A stretch of DNA of 64,000 nt from IMG/VR virus record IMGVR_UViG_3300035156_000188, positions 1 through 64,000 of that record. One strand, 5' to 3'. Source of the stretch: a virus. Made by a program: the position numbers and the translations under genes. Of this stretch, positions 34,481 through 43,400 are shown piece by piece. Within the stretch, counting starts at the first letter, position 1. Every line of letters starts with the position of its first letter. Below the pieces are notes generated by a model. It was not told the DNA's origin and ran no database searches. It saw only the letters and a list, made by a program, of their open reading frames with translations.

Positions 34481-34530
34481 TTCGATACAGCCTGTGGTAT
34501 CTTCGTCTGACTCAACTTTAGGAGATACCC

Positions 34531-35154
34531 ATGCCAGCTCTCATCGACCTGTCCGGACGCACGTTCGGCACCTGGACCGTACTCCAGAAGGCCGGGCCGT
34601 CCACGAACGGCAAGACGCTCTGGCGGTGCCGCTGCAGCTGCGGCGCGGAGCGCGAAGTGATCGGCCGCAGCCTCACGAACGGACGTTCCAAGTCCTGCGG
34701 ATGTAAGGCAGAAGACGCAGCCGCTGAACGCCTTGAGACGCTTGGCGCCAAGATCACCCACGACTCGCCAGGCTACCACTCCTGGCGAGGCGCTAAACAG
34801 CGCTGCGAGAATCCGCAGAACAAGAGCTACAAGAACTACGGCGCGCGCGGCGTGCAGTTCAAGCTGCCCGACTACCCGACGTTCTGGGAGCAGATGAAGG
34901 ACACCTGGTTCGAGGGCTGTCAGCTCGACAGAGAGAAGAATGAAGGCCACTACGAGCTTGGGAACGTGCGCTGGGTGACACCCAAGGTCAACAGTCGTAA
35001 CACCCGCGTCAACCGCAACATCACTTTCAACGAGGAGACCATGCCGGTGACGGCATGGGCTGAACGCCTCGGCATCCCCAACGCAACTCTCCACTGGCGG
35101 CTTGAAGCCGGCTGGAGCCTCGAACGCGCTCTCACATCGAGGCGCTACAGATAA
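34531..35154 (+). CDS. homing-endonuclease-associated-type DNA-binding protein (207 aa)
   Basis: W.C.CSCG..SCGC Cys cluster, then Y.SW....RC.NP....YGARGV and DREKNEGHYELGNVRW; slightly lower G+C. Confidence 0.65.
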   Translation: MPALIDLSGRTFGTWTVLQKAGPSTNGKTLWRCRCSCGAEREVIGRSLTNGRSKSCGCKAEDAAAERLETLGAKITHDSPGYHSWRGAKQRCENPQNKSYKNYGARGVQFKLPDYPTFWEQMKDTWFEGCQLDREKNEGHYELGNVRWVTPKVNSRNTRVNRNITFNEETMPVTAWAERLGIPNATLHWRLEAGWSLERALTSRRYR

Positions 35155-35162
35155 AGGACATC

Positions 35163-35378
35163 ATGAAGATCATCAAGGACACGCCGATCTCCGATCGGAA
35201 GGGCCGCGCTGGCCGCCGCGTGCTCGTCGAGCTGGACGCCGACGACAAGCTGATCGCGATCAGCCCAGGCGCCATGTACAAGCTCGGCTACCCGCACGAA
35301 GACATCGTCGGCGGCCACGTGCTTGCCGACGTGAAGCTGACCACCTGGTGCTCGCTTGAGCAGAAATGGATTGAATAA
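35163..35378 (+). CDS. hypothetical protein (71 aa)
   Basis: AAGGA-N5-ATG. Confidence 0.55.
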   Translation: MKIIKDTPISDRKGRAGRRVLVELDADDKLIAISPGAMYKLGYPHEDIVGGHVLADVKLTTWCSLEQKWIE

Positions 35379-35379
35379 C

Positions 35380-35571
35380 ATGGCCTACGTCCGCAAGACC
35401 CGTGACGAGTGGGACATCGAGCAGAAGACCTGCCAAGGCTGGGAGGTGGTCTGCAGCGAAGATAGCCCGAGCGCGGCGCTCGCGCGCCGTACGGAGTATC
35501 GCGAAAATCAACCGGAGTACCCGGTACGCGTCAAAAAGCGCCGCGTGCGTATAGAAGGAGAACCTGCATGA
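35380..35571 (+). CDS. small conserved phage protein (63 aa)
   Basis: DEWDIE..GWEVV..EYRENQPEYPVRVKKRR text. Confidence 0.55.
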   Translation: MAYVRKTRDEWDIEQKTCQGWEVVCSEDSPSAALARRTEYRENQPEYPVRVKKRRVRIEGEPA

Positions 35572-35807
35572 AACTCGACCTCAACGCCGCCCAGCAGCTG
35601 GTGGCCGACCTCCACGCCGCTGTCGCCGGCGGCGACGTGCCGATCGAGCGCCAGGCGGCGCACGTCACCCTGATCCAATGCCTGCCGGCGCTGGTCGAGG
35701 TGGCGATCGCGGCCCAGAAGCTCGTCGACGACGAAGGTGTCAGCGACACCACCTGGGACGGCCAGGACCTGATCGCCAAACTCAAAGCCCTCAAGGAGCT
35801 GCCATGA
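35568..35807 (+). CDS. hypothetical protein (79 aa)
   Basis: Coupled ORF. Confidence 0.55.
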   Translation: MKLDLNAAQQLVADLHAAVAGGDVPIERQAAHVTLIQCLPALVEVAIAAQKLVDDEGVSDTTWDGQDLIAKLKALKELP

Positions 35808-36064
35808 CTCCGGAGCGCAAGGCCTACAACGACTACATCTACGGCGTCAACGAGGCGCAGCTCGACATTCACTCGACCCTGCATGAAGTGGTCGACGCCG
35901 CAGCTGCGGCCGGCATCGTCGCCACCATCACAGTGGTGTCTTTGCAGCCCCTGGCTATGGGCCACATAGAACTTGATGTCGACACCCGCCCGAGCCTCGC
36001 CACCTGGCGCAAGTCGGAAGAGCTCCGGCGCGCCGCCGAAGAATCTGAAAAGGAGCTGCCATGA
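35804..36064 (+). CDS. hypothetical protein (86 aa)
   Basis: ATGA coupling; internal ATG of the track ORF. Confidence 0.55.
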   Translation: MTPERKAYNDYIYGVNEAQLDIHSTLHEVVDAAAAAGIVATITVVSLQPLAMGHIELDVDTRPSLATWRKSEELRRAAEESEKELP

Positions 36065-36606
36065 AGCGCAAGATCGCAGAGCTGTCCGGCGCCGCGCTGG
36101 ACTACGCCGTGGCACTGGCCGAAGGCTACAAGTTCGGCGCGCCGCGACCACTGCGCTTCCATGGCGCTCTCCTCTACCCGCTGGCCAGGCCGGGCTGGAG
36201 CACCTTGGGCAGTGTGATCCTGTACCGCGAGCCGAGCATCTACTGGGGCGACAACGTGCCGCGCTTCACGACGATGCACTACGGCGACGAGATCATCGAT
36301 CGCGAAGGCATCACCGTCATCCGCTGCGACGACGATTACGGCGTCGACGAAGAAGGCTTCACCACCGGCGAGCACATCCCGAGCTGGGCCGCCACGATGG
36401 GCCAGCACAGCGCCGACGAGGTCTTCGGCAGCCAGGGCGACAACTGGGGTCGGGCATTTACCCTCGACGTCAGCAACGTGGTCTACGGCGTCACCCGGCG
36501 CGAAGCGGCAATGCGCTGCTGGGCCATCAGCGAGCTCGGCAAGGGTCGCTGGGACGAGCTCGACCTGGCAACTGAAATCGACATCCCGGAGGAACTATGC
36601 AGCTGA
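36061..36606 (+). CDS. DUF2591/NinX-like phage protein (181 aa)
   Basis: N-terminus ..ELSGAALDYAVALAEGY typical of that family (from memory). Confidence 0.65.
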   Translation: MKRKIAELSGAALDYAVALAEGYKFGAPRPLRFHGALLYPLARPGWSTLGSVILYREPSIYWGDNVPRFTTMHYGDEIIDREGITVIRCDDDYGVDEEGFTTGEHIPSWAATMGQHSADEVFGSQGDNWGRAFTLDVSNVVYGVTRREAAMRCWAISELGKGRWDELDLATEIDIPEELCS

Positions 36607-37004
36607 GCGACATCGACACCTTCACCCGCCACTACCTGATCGCCGCGCTCTGGTCGAGCCACGCCGGCGACGACCCGCTCGACGCCAACTACGGACTGGA
36701 GGACATCGCGACCGAGACGCTGAAGAAAGCGTACATCGACTGCCAGGTGTTCCAGAACCTGAACCACCACCTGCTGATCCTGGCGTACCAGTTCTACGAC
36801 GACAACGGCAACAGCGCCCATCCGGACGCCGGCAGCGCGGCCGCCTGCGCTGGCCACGACTTCTGGCTGACGAGGGCAGGGGCGGGCGTGGGCTTCTGGG
36901 ATCGTGGCATGGGCCTCCTGGGCGAGAAGCTGACCGCCGCGGCCACGGCCTTCCGTAGCATCGAATTCTACGTCGGCGACGACGGCAAAATCTACAGCAT
37001 GTGA
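36597..37004 (+). CDS. conserved hypothetical protein (135 aa)
   Basis: YLIAALWSS..AGHDFWLTRAGAGVGFWDR strings of a recurrent phage/plasmid family. Confidence 0.65.
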   Translation: MQLSDIDTFTRHYLIAALWSSHAGDDPLDANYGLEDIATETLKKAYIDCQVFQNLNHHLLILAYQFYDDNGNSAHPDAGSAAACAGHDFWLTRAGAGVGFWDRGMGLLGEKLTAAATAFRSIEFYVGDDGKIYSM

Positions 37005-37011
37005 GGACAAC

Positions 37012-37221
37012 ATGACAATTCTGGATCACATCCCGCCCGGCGCGTTCTTGACGGTGACGCTCAAGAACGGTGTCAAATTCACCGGTGAAGAGGAGACCCG
37101 CGACGACGAGCGCGCCGCAGGCTACCTGCGCATGTTTGCCCGGCGCAGCGACAACGAACACGACGTGTTCTACACGACCGCCGACCAGGTGGCCTGCTTC
37201 CAGATGACCTGCGAGGGCTGA
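37012..37221 (+). CDS. hypothetical protein (69 aa)
   Basis: ORF track. Confidence 0.5.
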   Translation: MTILDHIPPGAFLTVTLKNGVKFTGEEETRDDERAAGYLRMFARRSDNEHDVFYTTADQVACFQMTCEG

Positions 37222-37222
37222 C

Positions 37223-37564
37223 ATGTTCAACGACCACTACACTATCAAGCTCGACGGCGGCAAGTACACCGTCATCAGCCACCGCTACCCGCACGGCAGC
37301 CGCCTGGAGTTCCTGCGCCATGGCGAGGCCTGGCCAGCTGGTGACCAGCTCTCCGGCGCCAAGGTCGTGCACGCCATGCTCGACCGCATCGAGGAGCTTG
37401 AGAAGGCGATCGCCTCGGTCGTGCACGGCCCACCGCAGGCAAACGGCTTGCGCATCCGCGAAGAGACGCCAAGCTGGGTGGCCGCCCAAGGTCACAAGTG
37501 CGCCGAGTCGATCATGGTCGGCTGGCACAACACCCTCAAGAACGCACTGGAGCAGAAGCCATGA
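37223..37564 (+). CDS. hypothetical protein (113 aa)
   Basis: ORF track; abuts the upstream stop. Confidence 0.6.
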   Translation: MFNDHYTIKLDGGKYTVISHRYPHGSRLEFLRHGEAWPAGDQLSGAKVVHAMLDRIEELEKAIASVVHGPPQANGLRIREETPSWVAAQGHKCAESIMVGWHNTLKNALEQKP

Positions 37565-37728
37565 AGGGCGTGCTTTCCAATATCAGCCCGCACGCCGTCG
37601 GCGCCACGCGAATCTGCAGCGAGTGCTGCCAGTCGGTGCCGGTCAAGCAGGCTGTCGTCCATAGCCCAGTGCCCGGCCTCACCATGTACCACTGCCCGCC
37701 CTGCGCGGAGAAAGCGAAGAAGTCATGA
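37561..37728 (+). CDS. Cys-rich small protein (55 aa)
   Basis: ATGA coupling; CSECC..CPPC. Confidence 0.45.
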   Translation: MKGVLSNISPHAVGATRICSECCQSVPVKQAVVHSPVPGLTMYHCPPCAEKAKKS

Positions 37729-37988
37729 AAGAAGATTACGACGTCACCATCACCGTCCGGGTCAATGATCCGGAGCAGCTGCTGGCCGCCGCGCTGGCCC
37801 ACGCCGACGCTGTTGAAGCCGGCATGACCCGCGCCGACTTCCTCAACGACGCCGACGACAGCATCATCATCGAGGACTGCCTGACCATGCTCCTGGACCC
37901 AGGCAGTCTGCCGGGCTGCAAGATCCTGGGCAGCGGCGCCGAATACCTTGAGATGTTCGATGTTGACTTCGGCGACGAGAGGAACTGA
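37725..37988 (+). CDS. small acidic protein (87 aa)
   Basis: Coupled ORF; D/E-rich. Confidence 0.55.
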   Translation: MKEDYDVTITVRVNDPEQLLAAALAHADAVEAGMTRADFLNDADDSIIIEDCLTMLLDPGSLPGCKILGSGAEYLEMFDVDFGDERN

Positions 37989-38329
37989 TGAAAGGCTACC
38001 GCTTTTACGCCGAGATGCCCGAGAGCCGCGGCAGCAAGTCCGCTTCCATGAAGCATAACGCCTTCACCCGCGACACGCTCAAGGAGCTGGCCGCTCTAGG
38101 CTATTACTGCAACGTCGTGGCCATCCCGCTCAGCGAGCGTGGCCAGCCGCTCTGGCACGTCGGCGAGCCGGTCATGGACTCGTTCGCCGGCCTGACCGAC
38201 CGCGCCAACGCCCCGGTGTGCAGCTCGTCGACCTCCCGCGACTACCTGCGCCTCCGTTGCGTCTGGATCGACGAGGCCCTGGCGCGAAAGCTGCACCCCA
38301 ACATGTTCCACTACCTGGAGAACCCATGA
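37988..38329 (+). CDS. hypothetical protein (113 aa)
   Basis: TGATG coupling. Confidence 0.6.
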   Translation: MKGYRFYAEMPESRGSKSASMKHNAFTRDTLKELAALGYYCNVVAIPLSERGQPLWHVGEPVMDSFAGLTDRANAPVCSSSTSRDYLRLRCVWIDEALARKLHPNMFHYLENP

Positions 38330-38601
38330 TCGCCACCTACCTCGACCTGTCCACCTGCCACATCGAACAGACGACGATGGATGACCTCGGCCGTTACGAT
38401 TCCTGGCCCGACTTCGGTTGGCCAGCGATGTCGATCGCCGCGTACCCGCACGGAGCTTTCTGCGCAATACCAGACCGCTTCGACGGTCTGCCGGAAGATC
38501 TCGAGCGTGTCCTGCGCTACGCCAAGGATATGGGCGCCAGCCTGGTGCGCCTCGACTCCGATGGCGACGCCACCCACAACCTCCCTGTCTACGACTGGTA
38601 A
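38326..38601 (+). CDS. small conserved protein (91 aa)
   Basis: ATGA coupling; YLDLSTCHI.. start resembles small proteins found next to antirestriction genes (from memory). Confidence 0.55.
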   Translation: MIATYLDLSTCHIEQTTMDDLGRYDSWPDFGWPAMSIAAYPHGAFCAIPDRFDGLPEDLERVLRYAKDMGASLVRLDSDGDATHNLPVYDW

Positions 38602-38606
38602 AAATC

Positions 38607-39095
38607 ATGACTGACATCTCGAGTCAAGAAGACGTCCTCGACGTGCGTGACATTATCGAGCGCGTCGAAGAACTGCGCGGCGAGCGCGACGACCTGAAAG
38701 AATACCTGGCCGAAGCGATCGAGGCCCTGAACGGGCACGACGAGACCTGCATGTCCGACATCGCCGAGCTCAAGGCTGACGTCGACACGCGACAGAATGA
38801 TCTGGCCGAGTGGCTCGCAAGCTCCGAAGCCGCCGAGCTGGCCCAGCTCGAATCCCTTCTCGACGACATGAAGGGCTACGGCGGCGACCACGAATGGGAA
38901 GGCGACTGGTATCCCGTCACGCTGATCCGCGACAGCTACTTCGAGGACGCCATGCGTGAGCTGGTGCAGGACATCGGCGACCTGCCGAAGGAGATTCCAA
39001 GCTACCTGGCGATCGACTGGGAGCAAACGGCCAAGAACCTGCAGCAGGACTACAGCAGCGTGGAATTCGACGACGTCACGTACTGGTATCGCTGA
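38607..39095 (+). CDS. acidic protein with ArdA-like C-terminal region (162 aa)
   Basis: Very D/E-rich; DSYFEDAMRELVQDIGDLPKEIPSYLAIDWEQTAKNLQQDY parallels the ArdA C-terminal pattern (D.Y..A...I...G....P..L..YID.E..A.DL). Confidence 0.55.
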   Translation: MTDISSQEDVLDVRDIIERVEELRGERDDLKEYLAEAIEALNGHDETCMSDIAELKADVDTRQNDLAEWLASSEAAELAQLESLLDDMKGYGGDHEWEGDWYPVTLIRDSYFEDAMRELVQDIGDLPKEIPSYLAIDWEQTAKNLQQDYSSVEFDDVTYWYR

Positions 39096-39265
39096 TGAAC
39101 TTCAAAACCAGCGGCCCATGTAAGATCTGCGGCCTGCCGCGCGGCGGCAAGGGCCACCGCCAGTGCTCGATCGAGCTGCAGAAGACGGCCAAGCCGGCGC
39201 GCCGGCACCGCAACCTTCCCACCACCGTGGAGCGCGCCGCGCGCTTCCTCGCGAAATTGAACTAG
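39095..39265 (+). CDS. small basic Cys protein (56 aa)
   Basis: TGATG coupling; CKICG..HRQC; hand-translated. Confidence 0.45.
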   Translation: MNFKTSGPCKICGLPRGGKGHRQCSIELQKTAKPARRHRNLPTTVERAARFLAKLN

Positions 39266-39274
39266 GAGCACCAC

Positions 39275-39661
39275 ATGCACATTCTTCACCTCGGCGTCAT
39301 CGTCAAGGCGCCCGACGTCCTCACCGAGGCCGGCGCGCGCGAGCTGTTGACCGACGTCCTCATCGAAGTCAAGGTCGGCGCCCAGGACCGGCTTGCCAAG
39401 TTTGGCGAGGCCGCTGTCGCCGGCACCAAGCTGCCGGTGCGCGACACCGACGTCACGATCAGCCACAGCGACTTCATCGTCACCGACGAGTCGCCGGCGA
39501 AGCGCCGCCTGGACTGGCTGCTCACCCACCCGAACATGAAGATGATCGGCAGCGACGTCACCGGCTGGCTGATCTGGGACACGAGCACCGACAAGGAATA
39601 CACCGGCGGCCGCACCGCCTACGCCGCGATCGACGCGGCCCTGCGCATGGAGGGCGCGTGA
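39275..39661 (+). CDS. hypothetical protein (128 aa)
   Basis: AGGAG-N6-ATG. Confidence 0.65.
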   Translation: MHILHLGVIVKAPDVLTEAGARELLTDVLIEVKVGAQDRLAKFGEAAVAGTKLPVRDTDVTISHSDFIVTDESPAKRRLDWLLTHPNMKMIGSDVTGWLIWDTSTDKEYTGGRTAYAAIDAALRMEGA

Positions 39662-40002
39662 AGCTCACCAAGCTGCACGCCGACTACTGGGCCAGCCGGC
39701 GCGCTCCGCGGGCGCTGCGCGACCTTGCCCAGAAGGTCACCATCGACCAGGTGGTCAACGCCAATGCCGGCGGCCTGCCGGGCGTGAAGGCGCATTTCGG
39801 CATGGCCACCACCATCACGCTGATGCGCCGCCGTACCCCAGCCGCCGCTGTCGACTTCGTGCTTGACCACGCTTGGCCGCCTCAGCCCGGCGAAGGCCGC
39901 AAGGACGAGATCTTCGGCTATCCGCGGCAGGACCGCCGCATCGCCTCCTGCCGCAAGTGGGCGGCCAAAATTTTGAAAGGACGAAAGTATGCCAACGACT
40001 GA
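39658..40002 (+). CDS. hypothetical protein (114 aa)
   Basis: GTG in a GTGA overlap. Confidence 0.5.
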   Translation: MKLTKLHADYWASRRAPRALRDLAQKVTIDQVVNANAGGLPGVKAHFGMATTITLMRRRTPAAAVDFVLDHAWPPQPGEGRKDEIFGYPRQDRRIASCRKWAAKILKGRKYAND

Positions 40003-40276
40003 AACCTGGGTGCCGCCTGAGCTGTTTTTCACCCACAACGGTGTGAACGTCTTCTACACCTACCGCGACAACGACATCGACCAGGGTGTCAACAGCTTCT
40101 GGTACACGCTGAACGCCCGGGACGATGACGAGACCGAGCAGTTCGACGTGCGCGACCTGCCCGCCTGGCAGCACAGCGAAGACCACAAGGCGATCATCAC
40201 GCAGGCGCTCGACAACGGCGACCTCGAAGACTGGATGCCGTCCGATCCAGGCGACAACGAAGTCCCGGCGCCATGA
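39989..40276 (+). CDS. small acidic protein (95 aa)
   Basis: ORF track; D/E/W-rich. Confidence 0.6.
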   Translation: MPTTETWVPPELFFTHNGVNVFYTYRDNDIDQGVNSFWYTLNARDDDETEQFDVRDLPAWQHSEDHKAIITQALDNGDLEDWMPSDPGDNEVPAP

Positions 40277-40947
40277 CGAACGTCCACTTCGCTCGCGTCT
40301 CCGGCAACGCGAAAACCGGACCCATCCCCGTCACCACCTCGCCGCGCGATACCTGCCCGACCACCTGCAGCTTCAAGGGCAACGGCTGCTACGCCGAGAA
40401 CTTCCCGATGGCGCTGCACTGGACGAAGGTCTCGCTCGGCGAGCGCGGCATGCCGTGGGCCGACTTCGTCGACGAGATCAGCCGCCTGCCGAAGCACCAG
40501 CTCTGGCGCCATAACCAGGCCGGCGACCTTGCCGGCAGCGGTGTTCTGATCGACAAGCCCAAGCTGTTGGAGCTGGCCCACGCCAACCGCGGCCGGCGCG
40601 GCTTCACCTACACCCATTATCCGATGGTCGGCGACAACCTGCGCGCGGTGCGCGCCGCCATCAAGGCCGGCTTCACGGTCAACGTGAGCGCCGATTCGCT
40701 CGGCCAGGCCGAGCTGCTGTGGAAGAAGAAACTGCCGGTGGTGGCTGTCGTGCCGCGCGGCTGGAAGGGCAAGCAGACGCCGGGCGGTATGCCGGTCACG
40801 CTGTGCCCGGCCCAATTTACCGACCTGACCTGCGCCACCTGCGCGCTGTGCCAGAAAGCTGACCGGCGCGCGATCGTCGCTTTCGAGGCACACGGCGGGC
40901 GCCGCAAGGTGGTCGAACGCATCATCAACATCGAGGAGCTGAAATGA
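40273..40947 (+). CDS. Cys-rich GP88-like phage protein (224 aa)
   Basis: TCPTTCSFKGNGCYAEN near the N-terminus and CATCALCQ near the C-terminus; family name from memory, function unknown. Confidence 0.65.
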   Translation: MTNVHFARVSGNAKTGPIPVTTSPRDTCPTTCSFKGNGCYAENFPMALHWTKVSLGERGMPWADFVDEISRLPKHQLWRHNQAGDLAGSGVLIDKPKLLELAHANRGRRGFTYTHYPMVGDNLRAVRAAIKAGFTVNVSADSLGQAELLWKKKLPVVAVVPRGWKGKQTPGGMPVTLCPAQFTDLTCATCALCQKADRRAIVAFEAHGGRRKVVERIINIEELK

Positions 40948-41411
40948 CCCTTTACCGCATGGCCACGCCAGCGTACTGCCTGGATGAGAACGTTCTTGCT
41001 CTCTTCGCCGAGGCGGGCGTCAGGCTGGTCGACAAGGCCAACGCCCCCTGGAACGTCATCTTCGAGGGCACCGAACAGGCGCTGCGCGCTATCCACGCCG
41101 AGCACTGGAATGAGGAAATGCCCATGCTCTTCCCTGCGCCCAGCATGCCCTGCGCCGCGGTGCGCCGGCTGTATGAGGTGCGCATCGACTTCGAATTCCC
41201 GGAAGCCGAGGCCTGCGATCCGGAGCTGATCGTGAACGAGATGTTCCACGTCATCTTCAAGTTCGAGACCGACGACACTAGCCTCTTCCCCGGCAACCCG
41301 GCTTGCGCCCCGTACTTCACCGCCTGGCTGCTCGATGAGGGTGCCGCTCACGAACTGGGCCGCGCACTGGTCGACCGGATGGTCCAGCTGGGCTGCAAGG
41401 TGACGTCGTGA
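40944..41411 (+). CDS. hypothetical protein (155 aa)
   Basis: Coupled ORF. Confidence 0.65.
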   Translation: MTLYRMATPAYCLDENVLALFAEAGVRLVDKANAPWNVIFEGTEQALRAIHAEHWNEEMPMLFPAPSMPCAAVRRLYEVRIDFEFPEAEACDPELIVNEMFHVIFKFETDDTSLFPGNPACAPYFTAWLLDEGAAHELGRALVDRMVQLGCKVTS

Positions 41412-41483
41412 CGCGCTTCTTCCTGAAAGTCTTCCTCGGCCTGCTGGCCGTTATCCTGCTTGCCAACCTGATTGGAGGCTGAT

Positions 41484-42026
41484 ATGGACCGTGAACTCGC
41501 CATCCTCAATGAGCTGGTGGCGGCCGCCGAGGCCGCGGGCCTGACCATCGAGTGCAAGGACATGAACACCGGGCACTACCACATCCTGGGCGGCGCCTGG
41601 CTCGTCAACTACTACCCGTTCAGCGCCAAGCGCACAGCCTATGCCAAGGGCACGACGAAGGGCAAGCCCTGCACGCCGGCCGAGGCCGTCCAGCTTGCGC
41701 TGGGGCCGCCACCGATCGTCCCGCAGCATGAGCGCGCGCAGCGCAGTCGCAACACTCGGGAGATCCGCCGGCGCATGATCGGCCGGCAGTCTGCGGTGCT
41801 GTGCTACTGGTGCGGCTGCGAGCTCACCCTCGACACCTCGACCCTGGACCATATCGTGCCGCTGGCGCGGGGCGGCCTGGACGCGCCGAACAATCGCGTA
41901 CTGGCCTGCGAGCCATGCAACCTGACGCGCGGCCACGCCATGCCGGAGCTGCAGCAGCTGGCCTCTGCCAACTCGCCGCCCTGGGAGGACGACGATGACC
42001 CCGACCCACCCCCTGGACCGGCGTAA
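41484..42026 (+). CDS. HNH endonuclease (180 aa)
   Basis: GGAGG-N5-ATG; CYWCG..LDHIVPLARGG..NNRVLACEPCNLTRG. Confidence 0.8.
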   Translation: MDRELAILNELVAAAEAAGLTIECKDMNTGHYHILGGAWLVNYYPFSAKRTAYAKGTTKGKPCTPAEAVQLALGPPPIVPQHERAQRSRNTREIRRRMIGRQSAVLCYWCGCELTLDTSTLDHIVPLARGGLDAPNNRVLACEPCNLTRGHAMPELQQLASANSPPWEDDDDPDPPPGPA

Positions 42027-42201
42027 GCGCCGCACGGTGCACGCAGCCGCCGCGCTGGCTGGTCTCGATCGGCTAGGCCCTGCCTGCGCAACCCCGGACC
42101 TCGGGCTGGAACTGACCATGGATCGCACGGCAGTCAGCTGCGGCCAGTGCCGGCGTAGCCTGGGAGCCGCATTACGAAGAAAAGGAGAGCAAACTTTGTA
42201 G
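41995..42201 (+). CDS. possible small protein (68 aa)
   Basis: ORF track only; overlaps the HNH 3' end by 32 nt; R-rich, could be shadow text. Confidence 0.3.
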   Translation: MTPTHPLDRRKRRTVHAAAALAGLDRLGPACATPDLGLELTMDRTAVSCGQCRRSLGAALRRKGEQTL

Positions 42202-42241
42202 TTTTGTCGTATTCTTTCCACCCATCAATAAGGAGTAACCT

Positions 42242-43084
42242 ATGGCTTTACAGTCCAACAAGCTCGGGCCGCCACTCGCCCGACTTGCAGTGGTCGGCCA
42301 GGACACCGGCACCAGTGACTACAGCGAGAAGGCGAACGGCACCCGCTACGTCTTCACCACGACTTCGAGTCGCAACTCGGCCACGATCGTCGACACCGTC
42401 GGCCACACGTACGGCTGGATCTCGAAGGATGCGCTGCACCGCGCGACTAACGGCGAGAAGGCGCTCGTCCTGCTCGCCGCCGGCAAGCTGGTCGGTGTCA
42501 AGTCTGGCCCTGACACCATCGACCTGTATTCGGCGGCCGAGCAGCCGGCACCCACCATCGTCACTGGCCGTTTGCACCTCGGCGATGGCAGTATGCTCCT
42601 CGGCAATGGCGGCAGTCTCACCGCACGTATCGATAACCCCACCATCAACAGCAAAGAGGAAAACACCATGAACAACTTCATCGCCAACCTGATCTCGACC
42701 AACAAAAAAGCTGCCGGCGACGCCGCAGTCCTCGAAGCCGGCCGCATCGCCAACAACACGCTGGTCAAGCTGATCGTCAGCCGCATGCCGTTCCTGGCCC
42801 GCTTCACCGGCGCGAAATACTTCCAGGGCCCGATCGGCAAGCTGGTCGTCGCCAACGGCGCCCTGGTGCTGGCCCAGCAGCTGCGTCCGAACGATCCGCG
42901 CGTCCGCTCGCTGACCGAAGCCATGGCCACCCAGGCCTACCAGGAAACCTACCAGATCGTTGACGTCGAAGGCGTGATCGACCAGCTGCTGAACCTGCCT
43001 GAGATCCAGCGCGCCATGCGCAAGCTGGACGAGAGCAAGCCGGCCGACACCGGCCTGGGCCGTCACTCCCCGCTCGATAACTAA
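42242..43084 (+). CDS. hypothetical protein (280 aa)
   Basis: AAGGAG-N7-ATG; beta-rich N-terminal half and helical C-terminal half. Confidence 0.7.
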   Translation: MALQSNKLGPPLARLAVVGQDTGTSDYSEKANGTRYVFTTTSSRNSATIVDTVGHTYGWISKDALHRATNGEKALVLLAAGKLVGVKSGPDTIDLYSAAEQPAPTIVTGRLHLGDGSMLLGNGGSLTARIDNPTINSKEENTMNNFIANLISTNKKAAGDAAVLEAGRIANNTLVKLIVSRMPFLARFTGAKYFQGPIGKLVVANGALVLAQQLRPNDPRVRSLTEAMATQAYQETYQIVDVEGVIDQLLNLPEIQRAMRKLDESKPADTGLGRHSPLDN

Positions 43085-43115
43085 TTTCCCGCCGGCCGTC
43101 GCACAGGAGAACACG

Positions 43116-43355
43116 ATGAGAGGTGAATACGTCGAAGTGCCGCTGGAAGAGCTCACGAAGCCGAAGAACGGCTACACCGTGATGACTGACCGCTGGTGGG
43201 CCACACGCAACGGCAACCCGCTGATGTACGTGACCAACGGCGGCCGCTTCCAGTACCCGCAGGCCAATCACAGCAAAGGTATCTGCGACCGGATATACCC
43301 GAACTATCCGGCCGTCTTCGTGCCGGTGGCCTACGTCAAACCCAACCCACTGTAA
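43116..43355 (+). CDS. hypothetical protein (79 aa)
   Basis: AGGAGA-N5-ATG. Confidence 0.6.
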   Translation: MRGEYVEVPLEELTKPKNGYTVMTDRWWATRNGNPLMYVTNGGRFQYPQANHSKGICDRIYPNYPAVFVPVAYVKPNPL

Positions 43356-43400
43356 CACCACCCGGCCGGCGCCCGCCGGCCACAACCCTGAAAGAGAACG

